Positions 55,801 to 64,000 of a DNA stretch of 64,000 nt are shown one piece after another. The DNA lies in the IMG/VR virus record IMGVR_UViG_3300047546_002006, positions 1 to 64,000 of that record. One strand, 5' to 3'. The position numbers were made by a program, and so were the translations under genes. Each line of letters starts with the position of its first letter. Position 1 is the first letter of the stretch. Under the pieces are notes generated by a model that made no database searches, was not told the origin of the DNA, and saw nothing but the letters and a program-made list of their open reading frames with translations. This DNA comes from a virus.

Positions 55801-57663
55801 ATGCCTTACGGTACCATCAAAGTTGACACGATTACGTTTACGAATGGTGGCGTAGATAAAAGTATTTCAATTTCTGGCTTAGCTCAGAATCCAACATTTA
55901 CAGGTAACGTAACAGCTACTGGTACTATTTCTGGGGACATTATCCAAGGTGGTACCACTGTTTCAGGTTTAACAGTTACTGGTACAACGGCTAATTTTGT
56001 CTCAGGTGTATTCACAACACAGATTTCTGGTGCTATTGTCAAGGTCCCAGCAGGAACTGCTGCTATACCTAGTTTGCAGGTAGGTACAGGCGCAAGTGTT
56101 TCCCCTGGTTTATACGGTGCGGGCACCGATTTACTGGGAATTAGTACGGGCGGAGCTAGTGCTGTAATTATTGATTCTGTTGGTCAGTTACGTGTTGTTA
56201 ATATAGGTTCTGCTGCCGCACCAGCATTTGTTGTAGGTAATGATTTAAATACAGGCATCTACAGCTCCGGTGCGGACCAGCTGGCGATCAGCACGAACGG
56301 CACGGAACGCCTCCGCATCGCTTCCACCGGTGCCTTTGGTCTATCTGGCGCTAACTACGGCACCAGCGGCCAGGTTTTAACCAGCAACGGTTCTGGTAGT
56401 ACTCCTACATGGACAACAATTAGTGCAGGTGGTGATGTCTTTTTATCAGCCAATAATGCATTTACTGGTGCCAACACGTTTTATAACAGCACTGGACAGA
56501 CGTTTGGCACAGCAACATCAACACAAGATGGCATTATACTTGCCGGACGCGCTGGTGGTACAACTTCATTAAGAGTTACTATTCGGCCAGATGCATTAAC
56601 AGCAAGCAGAACCTTAACGCTTCCAGACGCAAGCGGTACAGTTCTTTTAGGGGCCAGCAATAATGCATTCACTGGAGCTAATACATTTTATAACGGAACA
56701 GGACAGACGTTTGGCACTGCAACATCAACGCAAGATGGAATCATACTTGCCGGACGTGCTGGCGGCACTACATCATTAAGAGTCACGATTCAACCAGGGA
56801 CACTAACAACATCAAGAACACTCACTCTTCCCGATGTAACAGGAACCGTTGTCACAACAGGTGATACGGGTACAGTTACAAGCAACATGATTGCTACTGG
56901 AGCTATTGCAGATACAGATATCAACGCAAGTGCTGCAATTGCATATAGCAAACTAGCAAATATGACGGCAGGTTCTATCTTGCTTGGTAACGCGAGTAAC
57001 GTACCAACAGTTACCGCAATGAGCGGCGATGTAACTATTACAAGCGGTGGGGTTACATCAATTGGCACTGGTGTCATTGTTAATGCTGATGTAAATGCTT
57101 CGGCTGCAATTGCGGGAACAAAAATTAGCCCTGATTTTGGTAGCCAAAATATTATTACTACCGGATCAGTACAAGGAAGCCTTAAAGCGGAATCTGCTAT
57201 CTCAACAGTTTCTGTTAGTACTGCAACATTCTCTTCTATCCCAAGTTGGGTAAAACGAATTCATCTTTTATTTAGTGATGTCAGTACCACAGGGGCAGAT
57301 TCTTTTGGGATTCGAGTTGGCACTTCTGGTGGAATTGTTTCAACTGGATATTTAGGTGCAAATTTCCGTGTTTCAGATGGTGGCACACCAAGCGTAGCTG
57401 CTTTTTCAACAGAGTTTACAATAGTTTTTGCAGGCTCCAGTGGAGCAGCTAGCATCTATTCCGGCAGCCTGACTCTTTCCAATATTACAGGAAATACCTG
57501 GGTCATAGGTGGGACTTTTGCTGCAAACGCAACTGGCACAAATAATAGGACGGGATGTTTAAACGGCTATATTGCCCTGGCTGGAGCATTGACCCAAGTA
57601 CAGCTTGTTGATATTACTGCGGGATTTGACGCTGGATCCTTTAATATCTTATATGAAGGTTGA
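55801..57663 (+). CDS. tail fibre protein
   Basis: NTGIYSSGADQLAISTNGTERLRI, RTLTLPD, FDAGSFNILYE. Confidence 0.85.
   Translation: MPYGTIKVDTITFTNGGVDKSISISGLAQNPTFTGNVTATGTISGDIIQGGTTVSGLTVTGTTANFVSGVFTTQISGAIVKVPAGTAAIPSLQVGTGASVSPGLYGAGTDLLGISTGGASAVIIDSVGQLRVVNIGSAAAPAFVVGNDLNTGIYSSGADQLAISTNGTERLRIASTGAFGLSGANYGTSGQVLTSNGSGSTPTWTTISAGGDVFLSANNAFTGANTFYNSTGQTFGTATSTQDGIILAGRAGGTTSLRVTIRPDALTASRTLTLPDASGTVLLGASNNAFTGANTFYNGTGQTFGTATSTQDGIILAGRAGGTTSLRVTIQPGTLTTSRTLTLPDVTGTVVTTGDTGTVTSNMIATGAIADTDINASAAIAYSKLANMTAGSILLGNASNVPTVTAMSGDVTITSGGVTSIGTGVIVNADVNASAAIAGTKISPDFGSQNIITTGSVQGSLKAESAISTVSVSTATFSSIPSWVKRIHLLFSDVSTTGADSFGIRVGTSGGIVSTGYLGANFRVSDGGTPSVAAFSTEFTIVFAGSSGAASIYSGSLTLSNITGNTWVIGGTFAANATGTNNRTGCLNGYIALAGALTQVQLVDITAGFDAGSFNILYEG
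56452..56835 (+). repeat. internal duplication, 207-nt period
   Basis: NNAFTGANTFYN..RTLTLPD twice. Confidence 0.9.
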
Positions 57664-57671
57664 TTTTAACC

Positions 57672-57836
57672 ATGGCTAAAAAGTACTCTATTGTTTTTGA
57701 TTGCGACACTAAAACAACGTCTTATTACGAAGAAGACGAAAATGGGATTGTCACTGAAATTGACAGTATTCCAGAACAGCCATTGGTTAATGAACAGATT
57801 TTACCGACGCAAGATCCATTGCCCGGCACAAATTGA
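57672..57836 (+). CDS. small acidic protein, possible fibre chaperone (not in ORF track)
   Basis: MAKKYSIVFDCDT. Confidence 0.55.
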   Translation: MAKKYSIVFDCDTKTTSYYEEDENGIVTEIDSIPEQPLVNEQILPTQDPLPGTN

Positions 57837-57864
57837 TATACTTTATGTAAGGTGAACTAAAACC

Positions 57865-58050
57865 ATGACCTGCACAAAAGAAGACCTGGTTTCCGCAATT
57901 AATTCGTTTGGCGCAGCCAAAGCAACTAATGACATCAACCTCATTACGTTTGCTGGTAACTTGCTTGCTGAATTACTAGAAACCATTGAATTTGGAGAAG
58001 CTGTTCCACAAGGCGAAACGCCTGTAGTGACACCCGATGTTATTGAATGA
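57865..58050 (+). CDS. hypothetical protein
   Basis: 61-aa ORF. Confidence 0.65.
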   Translation: MTCTKEDLVSAINSFGAAKATNDINLITFAGNLLAELLETIEFGEAVPQGETPVVTPDVIE

Positions 58051-58088
58051 TAAAAGGTGACTTAGAGTTAGTAAAAGACTCTAGGTCC

Positions 58089-59114
58089 ATGGCAATAAAG
58101 CTTGTAGAGGCAGCCGAGTTTTTTAAAGGTCTGCCTCATCAAATCAATGCTTTTGAATGGCTTCAGGGCAGAGTTTCTACTTCTGACCTGGAGCTTTTTG
58201 CGCGTAAATACAGAAATCAAGATAAACCTAAAGTTGAAATAGAAAACTTTACCAATGATTGGGCAGGTCTTATTGCAGCAGCAAAACAAGCAGGATCTAA
58301 ATATCCAGAAGTAGTTGCTGCACAGTGGGCTTTAGAATCAGGCTGGGGCAAACACACCTCCGGTACACATAATTATTTTGGGCTTAAAGGTACAGGATCA
58401 AACGTTAATACACAAGAATTTTTAAACGGTAAATGGATCACAATTAAAGCTGGGTTTATTGATTTTCCAGATCTTTATACCTGTGTCTGTTACTTAGTAG
58501 AAAGATGGTATAAAGATTTTGGAAAGTTTAAAGGAGTAAACCGTGCACAAAATAGAAATGAATGTGCACGATTATTAGTAGTAGAAGGTTACGCAACGGA
58601 TCCGTCTTATAGTGACAAGTTGATGCAAATTATGGACAGAGAGCTGGATATGAAGCCAGCACCAGCCCCTAAGCCAAGCCCTGCACCAGCCCCTAAATTC
58701 AATCCGTGGAGCCCTTTTACATATAAAATAACACCAAATATTGCATATGGTGAATTAACCCTTAATCAAGAAGGTCGTAGGTTTAACAAACAATACCAAT
58801 GTGACACTGCGCTAGAAATCTGCAAGTTTCTTGAAAAAGCTCGTTCAAAATTTGGGAACAAACCTTTAATTATTACTAGCGCAAATCGACCTCCAGCTGT
58901 TAATGCAGCAGTAGGCGGTGCATCAAATTCTGAGCATTTATATTCCGCACCTAATGTAGGTGCTATTGACTTTTATATTGAAGGAATTAATTTATGGACT
59001 TTACAGGACTGGTGTGATAATAATTGGCCATACTCAGTTGGCTATGGAGCACCAAAAGGTTTTGTCCATATTGGAATTAGAGCAGGAAAACCAAAAGTAA
59101 GATGGGATTATTAA
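58089..59114 (+). CDS. endolysin: GH73 glucosaminidase plus M15 peptidase
   Basis: AAQWALESGWG, NYFGLK, YATDPSY; ITSANR..N..VGGASNSEH..AID..FVHIG. Confidence 0.9.
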   Translation: MAIKLVEAAEFFKGLPHQINAFEWLQGRVSTSDLELFARKYRNQDKPKVEIENFTNDWAGLIAAAKQAGSKYPEVVAAQWALESGWGKHTSGTHNYFGLKGTGSNVNTQEFLNGKWITIKAGFIDFPDLYTCVCYLVERWYKDFGKFKGVNRAQNRNECARLLVVEGYATDPSYSDKLMQIMDRELDMKPAPAPKPSPAPAPKFNPWSPFTYKITPNIAYGELTLNQEGRRFNKQYQCDTALEICKFLEKARSKFGNKPLIITSANRPPAVNAAVGGASNSEHLYSAPNVGAIDFYIEGINLWTLQDWCDNNWPYSVGYGAPKGFVHIGIRAGKPKVRWDY

Positions 59115-59117
59115 AGG

Positions 59118-59279
59118 ATGAAAAAGTATAAGGAGCCTTATATCAGGGTAAATATCTGCTGGGAAGTAGGAGAAGAAAAAAAATGCGTAACCTTGTCAAA
59201 AGAACAAGCTTACGCAACAAGAGAATGGGTTGAAAAGAATGATGGAACAGTATTTTGGTTCCAAGCATTACCAAATTAA
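59118..59279 (+). CDS. hypothetical protein (not in ORF track)
   Basis: MKKYKEPYIRVNICWE. Confidence 0.55.
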   Translation: MKKYKEPYIRVNICWEVGEEKKCVTLSKEQAYATREWVEKNDGTVFWFQALPN

Positions 59280-59444
59280 TCAACGTTGTTTGGCACGTCC
59301 AATAACTAAACCAGCAATTTCAATAAGACGATACGCTTTACGAGCAAGTGCATCATCCTTGGGCGTGGGAGTTAATGCGCAAATTGCAGAACATGCTGCA
59401 TGAATAGCTAAAGCAACTTCTAAATACTGATTAAGGTGAGACAT
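59280..59444 (-). CDS. small holin-like membrane protein (not in ORF track)
   Basis: AGGAG SD, TAGAAT promoter, SAICALTPTPKDD. Confidence 0.6.
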   Translation of the reverse strand: MSHLNQYLEVALAIHAACSAICALTPTPKDDALARKAYRLIEIAGLVIGRAKQR

Positions 59445-59608
59445 TGTTATCTCCTGTTTCTTTTATTCTAAGAGCAAATATAATCTTTTAAATCTTTAAA
59501 CATCGTAAATGCGACACCCAGAAGCATGCGGGTTTTGGCTGCAATACTCAACCCAGGTTGGACTTGGTTTTTTAGGGGTTTGTTTAAATAATGCGAGTAA
59601 AAATTTAA

Positions 59609-60355
59609 TCATGCTCGATTAGCCAAAGGAACCAAGACTGAGGGAAATTTATCTGTATCTTGATGTGATGCAGACCAGATTTCCTTCCATTCTGACAGAG
59701 AGTGATCGTGAATAGACTCGTAGAAAGAATCATCAACAGGATCTAAGATAATATTAAAGCCATCCTCTGTCAAAAACAATCCGCCTTCAAAATCTTCAAC
59801 TTGAAAATAACCTTCAGTAGTTGGAAATTCAACAACTAGCACAAAGGCATAATCTTGTGGTTCATTCCTGGTAGTAGAAACACAAATTAAATAACTACCT
59901 TTGGTCAAAGGATAGTAGTGATCATCTCCTCGATCAAGGCGTACGGGAGAAAATGTATTATACAGATCAGATTGAGCGGCCATGACATCGCCAAAGTATG
60001 GATAATATGTTCCGTTTGTAGTAGGAACAGCTACAGAATCTTGATCAAAAATTGAATGACCTTGAATTGGATTAACGTTTAAATCGTATGCTGATAAATG
60101 AATATATTGAGGCCTGGGAGAATCATCAACTAGGATGATCCAAGCAGGAGAAGTAATTTCAACTTTAAACCAATGGTTATAAGTGCCGCCGCCAAAGCCC
60201 CCACGTGATTGATCCCAAGTATCTGCAGATCCTACTAATTGATTTTTGGGACCTAGCGAACCACGTAGATATTTAATTGCAGTAGAACTAAATGAACCAA
60301 GCATCAAAGGATTTTTTTGAGTCCTTTGCTGTTGAGTTACTGTTGATCTTGACAT
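59609..60355 (-). CDS. hypothetical beta-sandwich protein
   Basis: HWFKVEI, LTKGSYLICVS. Confidence 0.65.
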   Translation of the reverse strand: MSRSTVTQQQRTQKNPLMLGSFSSTAIKYLRGSLGPKNQLVGSADTWDQSRGGFGGGTYNHWFKVEITSPAWIILVDDSPRPQYIHLSAYDLNVNPIQGHSIFDQDSVAVPTTNGTYYPYFGDVMAAQSDLYNTFSPVRLDRGDDHYYPLTKGSYLICVSTTRNEPQDYAFVLVVEFPTTEGYFQVEDFEGGLFLTEDGFNIILDPVDDSFYESIHDHSLSEWKEIWSASHQDTDKFPSVLVPLANRA

Positions 60356-61053
60356 TCTATCTTGTAATACTGCCTGTATTCATCATCATAATCTGGGCAA
60401 TTCCGGTGCACCAATGGATGTTGAATTGTCTGTTTGTACTTATGTTCACGTAACATTTTTAATTGTTTTTCCTCCCGCACCCTTGCAAACTGCATTAGTT
60501 TTTCTGGTTTAAATACATATTCAAATGGACTGATAGCACCAGGGGGGAAGGTGCGATTCCAACTAGAGATTAAATGCAGAGGATTTAAACAATGTTTATT
60601 GCCGCATACTCTGGTAACAAACATTGAACCAATATCGCCCCAGGCGGATTGATAAATAATTTTGTGAACAGTAACATTAGCTGAATTTTGCTTGGCATAT
60701 AAAGATCGATAGGATGGCATGCACAATCGTTTCTTAGTCAGCTTGGGAGCTTCCCAGCAATCTTCTAAATGACCGACAGGTATTTGACGCCAGAGATCCG
60801 CATATTTATGTTTGTAGTTTGCATTCATGTAATTAATATCAAAACCACAAATATTGTCACGAATTTTTAACGCACAGTGATAACACCAATGCATTTCTTT
60901 GTCACGAACAACATGATCATGGGCGCATGGAAACCCTTTGTAATAACCAAGCTCATCTAGCTGTTTTTCCGATAAATGGTCAATATCAGGAATCCAGGTA
61001 ATAGTTGGAAGTGTCTGTAAAACTTGAACTGCTTTTCTCGGAAGATTGGCCAT
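60337..61053 (-). CDS. degenerate HNH/His-Cys box endonuclease-like protein
   Basis: PCAHDH..CYHC; DCWE; VTRVCGNKHCLNPLHL. Confidence 0.65.
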   Translation of the reverse strand: MANLPRKAVQVLQTLPTITWIPDIDHLSEKQLDELGYYKGFPCAHDHVVRDKEMHWCYHCALKIRDNICGFDINYMNANYKHKYADLWRQIPVGHLEDCWEAPKLTKKRLCMPSYRSLYAKQNSANVTVHKIIYQSAWGDIGSMFVTRVCGNKHCLNPLHLISSWNRTFPPGAISPFEYVFKPEKLMQFARVREEKQLKMLREHKYKQTIQHPLVHRNCPDYDDEYRQYYKIECQDQQ

Positions 61054-61055
61054 GG

Positions 61056-61427
61056 TTAATTGCAGTGAGTTTTGGAATACATCCCACTTTTGACGTAAGG
61101 ACGTTTGTGGAGCTTTGGCGGCTCATGTACGTGAAACACCAACTCTTTTCGGTTGTCTTTGTCTATATTGTCTCGCATGTGTCTCACGTATCCACTCCCT
61201 GGATCGTGACCAGTACGCAAGTAATACACAATTCGATGCGCTGAGTAGGGAATGCCCCCCAGGTAAACCGTGTAGTAACCAGTGCGTTTGTTCTTTTTTC
61301 CTGCCATATCCCCCGCCTGATGCCGCCCATTTGTCTCCGCCCACGCCAGGCCGCTGGGGTATGCGTCAGACAAGCTCAGCTTCTCCTCCAGGTGCCAGAG
61401 CGGAAGCATTTGAGTGTACTCACGCAT
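61056..61427 (-). CDS. HNH homing-endonuclease-like protein
   Basis: AGDMAG..GYY..YSAHRIVYYLRTG.DP..VRH..DN. Confidence 0.65.
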   Translation of the reverse strand: MREYTQMLPLWHLEEKLSLSDAYPSGLAWAETNGRHQAGDMAGKKNKRTGYYTVYLGGIPYSAHRIVYYLRTGHDPGSGYVRHMRDNIDKDNRKELVFHVHEPPKLHKRPYVKSGMYSKTHCN

Positions 61428-61494
61428 CTTTAACGCACCGCCACTAAGAACAGAGTACCAGGGGGGAGCAGGCCCCTGGTGGAAACAGAACCAA

Positions 61495-61713
61495 AATTCA
61501 TGTCAAAACATAGATTCTTCTTTAGTTAAACACGGATTACACTTCGCTACCCAAAGTGTATTGTTTTGTCAGTATTTCTCAAGTGAGATCAACCTGAGAA
61601 TACTAATCTTAACTTGAGATTCCCTTGGACACCCTGAGTCAATTTCATACACTTTTACACCTAAAGTGTAATTAGCGTCATGGTAAGAGTAAATCGACCC
61701 TTTGACATGAATT
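61495..61713. other. dyad-symmetric non-coding element, candidate replication origin
   Basis: 13-bp IR, 30 bp, TACACTT-N9-AAGTGTA, core, same site, 30 bp, 13-bp IR. Confidence 0.6.
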
Positions 61714-61782
61714 CTGCTGCATCCGCCCCTAACAAGAAGCAAGTCCGCGACCCAGGTGGTACTGGTGAGACAAAAGGGACAC

Positions 61783-61807
61783 AAAAAAGCCCCCGCAGAG
61801 CGGAGGC
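61783..61807 (-). terminator. intrinsic terminator
   Basis: GCCTCCGC-TCT-GCGGGGGC-TTTTTT. Confidence 0.85.
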
Positions 61808-61831
61808 CCGGACCCCATGCAATCGACCGTT

Positions 61832-63112
61832 TTAGTTTAAGGCGCCTACCAGCCGGCGCTCCTTACGTTCTTTTTTCTTCTTGTTTTTCTTTTTTGGTTG
61901 AGTCTCATCTTGTTGAGTCTCATGTGATACATCTTTGAGTACATCTTCAAAGATGCCACCGAACTGAGAAGCGACTGTATCCCAGTCAAATTGGCTGTCA
62001 GTGACACGTTCGTAGCACCGCTGGGCCACAGCATCTAGCTCTGCCCGATCGTGGTACAGGCGGTTGAGGATTTCAGTTAGATGCTCGACAGATGGGCATG
62101 GCAGCTCTCGTGCGTAGTTGGTATCGACATCAACGTGATCGCAACGGATGAGTTCACCACATCCTTCAAAGATTTCCTTACAGGACGTGTGGTCAGGAAC
62201 CACCTGGGCGACACGGCAAGCAGCATGTTCAAAGTTAACAAGCCCCCAACCTTCACCCTTACATGTATTGATACCGATGTCAGCGGAGTTATAAATCCAG
62301 TTCAATACTTCCACAGAAACATTGGGAGGATTTGGTGTGTTTGCTGTCAAGACGATCCTTCCGTTTGGATCAAGGCCCACACGATCCATGGCACGCGCAA
62401 ATACGGACATGACATCCCAGCCTTGATCTTTCATGCCCATGTGAAGGTACAGCTGCGCCTCTGGTTTATCTACAGCAAACTGGGCGAAGGCATCAATAGT
62501 GATGTCAATTCGTTTGCGGAATTGATTGCGATTACCATTAAAGACAATAAATGCATCCTGTTTAATACCAAGACGCTCTCGTGCTTCTTTTTTATCACAT
62601 GGTTTGAATTGACCAGCAGTTACCCCATGTGGAATTACTGCAATTGGTTTAGTAATACCCCCACGAATAAATTCGTGGGCACCAAATTCAGTGTAAGAGA
62701 TGACAGCATCCCAGTTATTAGCTGTATCAGAAAGGCAACCAATCCAAGAATACGAATCCATGGGCGCATAACCCACAAATTTAAACTTACCTTCTTTGTG
62801 TAGATCTTCGATCCGCCTGTACTGCTCATTAATGATCCACATATCATTAATAGTGAAGACAACGTCTGGCTCTTCTTTTTCTACAACTTCCCTGATACGT
62901 TCTTCACCAAATGGAGCCTGCTGGAATCGATTGGACGAAGGATACATTTTATACTCAGCCTGTAGCGGAGTTGGATCACCCCACCAGTTATGGCCAAGGA
63001 CAACGATATCAAAGTTGTCTTTCAATCGACTGAGTACATTTTCTGTTACACGAGCAAATCCCGTCATGGCAACGATGTCACCACACCAGAGCAGTTTAGG
63101 TTTTTTGGTCAT
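61832..63112 (-). CDS. GT4-type glycosyltransferase
   Basis: TGFARV, NRNQFRKRID, IYNSADIG..GEGWGLVNFEHAAC. Confidence 0.88.
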   Translation of the reverse strand: MTKKPKLLWCGDIVAMTGFARVTENVLSRLKDNFDIVVLGHNWWGDPTPLQAEYKMYPSSNRFQQAPFGEERIREVVEKEEPDVVFTINDMWIINEQYRRIEDLHKEGKFKFVGYAPMDSYSWIGCLSDTANNWDAVISYTEFGAHEFIRGGITKPIAVIPHGVTAGQFKPCDKKEARERLGIKQDAFIVFNGNRNQFRKRIDITIDAFAQFAVDKPEAQLYLHMGMKDQGWDVMSVFARAMDRVGLDPNGRIVLTANTPNPPNVSVEVLNWIYNSADIGINTCKGEGWGLVNFEHAACRVAQVVPDHTSCKEIFEGCGELIRCDHVDVDTNYARELPCPSVEHLTEILNRLYHDRAELDAVAQRCYERVTDSQFDWDTVASQFGGIFEDVLKDVSHETQQDETQPKKKNKKKKERKERRLVGALN

Positions 63113-63141
63113 TTAACGAATGATTACTCGCCTTAGTATAT

Positions 63142-63495
63142 CTAATTTTGTGGAGTTACAGATCGCAAGATTTCTTTTTGCTCTATTGTTTTTGCTTGCA
63201 ATTTTTTCTTCAAAAATTCGGCAGCTCTATGGGTTTGTGTTGTATTTCCGCAGGTATACAGATCAATAGCGCAATATCCCATCTCCGGCCATGTATGAAT
63301 GGACGCATGAGATTCCGCCAGTAATGCTAGAAGCGTCACTCCTTGTGGCTGAAACTTTTCTCCAAAGATACGGAGAATAGTTGCATTAGCCATGACGAGC
63401 GAAGCTTCTAGCAGACGCTGCAGTTCTTCATAATCATCCAAGATGCCATGATCACAGTCATAGAGATCGAGGATTAAATGGCGACCATTGCTCAC
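63142..63495 (-). CDS. speD: S-adenosylmethionine decarboxylase proenzyme family
   Basis: GRHLILDLY, FQPQGVT..LAESHASIHTWPE..DLYTCG. Confidence 0.92.
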   Translation of the reverse strand: MSNGRHLILDLYDCDHGILDDYEELQRLLEASLVMANATILRIFGEKFQPQGVTLLALLAESHASIHTWPEMGYCAIDLYTCGNTTQTHRAAEFLKKKLQAKTIEQKEILRSVTPQN

Positions 63496-64000
63496 ATATC
63501 GATAGCATTTTCATCCATTATGGCATCAGTAGTTGCAGTCAGCACAACACCATACAACTGTTGATACTCTTCAGGTTTGGCAGCGACTTCAACAATGGAT
63601 GGGTAATTGTCATACTTAGTCTTATTTGATTCACGTACTGCTGCATTGATAATGCGCATACCCTTAGCCCCTTTCATGCCGTAGACATTCAGTTTGAGCT
63701 GGTGCTTACAGATATCAAGGAACAAGGGTTCAAAACGACCACGAGACATGATGCCAACATTGCAGCTCCTGCTGAATTCCGCGTAGCTGGCATAGAGCCA
63801 TTCACTCCAGTTCATGTAGTAACCAGAGCCACCAGCAGGTTGTGCTTTACAGAATCCAACAGGTGAGGACACGCCTGGATCAAAAACAATTTTGTGTTCC
63901 ATCCAATCCAGCATTGGGTTGGAACGCAGGGATTGCGTCTTTTCATATTTCTGGAAGAACGAGACATTTTTACCGGTTTCCATGAGGTAAGAGCGCATGT
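63492..64000 (-). CDS. C-terminus of D5/P4-type primase-helicase (partial)
   Basis: NPMLDWME..LYASYAEFS..MSRGRF winged-helix pattern. Confidence 0.55.
   Translation of the reverse strand, partial: MRSYLMETGKNVSFFQKYEKTQSLRSNPMLDWMEHKIVFDPGVSSPVGFCKAQPAGGSGYYMNWSEWLYASYAEFSRSCNVGIMSRGRFEPLFLDICKHQLKLNVYGMKGAKGMRIINAAVRESNKTKYDNYPSIVEVAAKPEEYQQLYGVVLTATTDAIMDENAIDM

Noticed and set aside
53981-57663. Diversity-generating retroelement in fibre repeats
   Set aside because: Differences are mostly synonymous rather than adenine-specific; no reverse transcriptase in the window
1-64000. Stop-codon reassignment
   Set aside because: Core genes are full length in the standard code and all three stops are used

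Overview
A 64 kb segment of a tailed dsDNA cyanophage, probably podovirus-like because no tape-measure or tail-tube gene is recognisable. The host is inferred to be a picocyanobacterium from an NblA-like gene, a cyanobacterial-type integrase/excisionase remnant and typical cyanophage small proteins. Layout: (1) 1-14.1 kb, a leftward early operon of about 40 mostly small genes (thyX, tRNA-Leu(UAA), PcfJ-like, SSB, AEP-like, HTH proteins); (2) 14.1-14.8 kb, a largely non-coding strand-switch region; (3) 14.9-59.3 kb, a mainly rightward late region (Gly/Gln-rich internal proteins, TerL, portal, scaffold, major capsid, collagen and Thr-rich fibres, GT-methyltransferase, four peptidoglycan hydrolases, NblA); (4) leftward metabolism/replication genes (dcd, DUF3310, MTase-like, HNH, GT4, speD, C-terminus of a D5/P4-type primase-helicase). 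The strongest unexplained signal is that almost every intergenic gap in the early operon holds a structured element from three recurrent families: a bistable stem beginning at the UGA stop (5 copies), a T-loop/TATTGCC element (3-4 copies) and an H-type pseudoknot (4 copies). Together they suggest an mRNA punctuation/end-protection or cassette system. Also notable are an exactly dyad-symmetric 219-bp candidate origin (61495-61713), a catalytically dead integrase beside an excisionase, and a circularly permuted M23 peptidase. All calls come from motif recognition by eye; no searches or folding programs were run.
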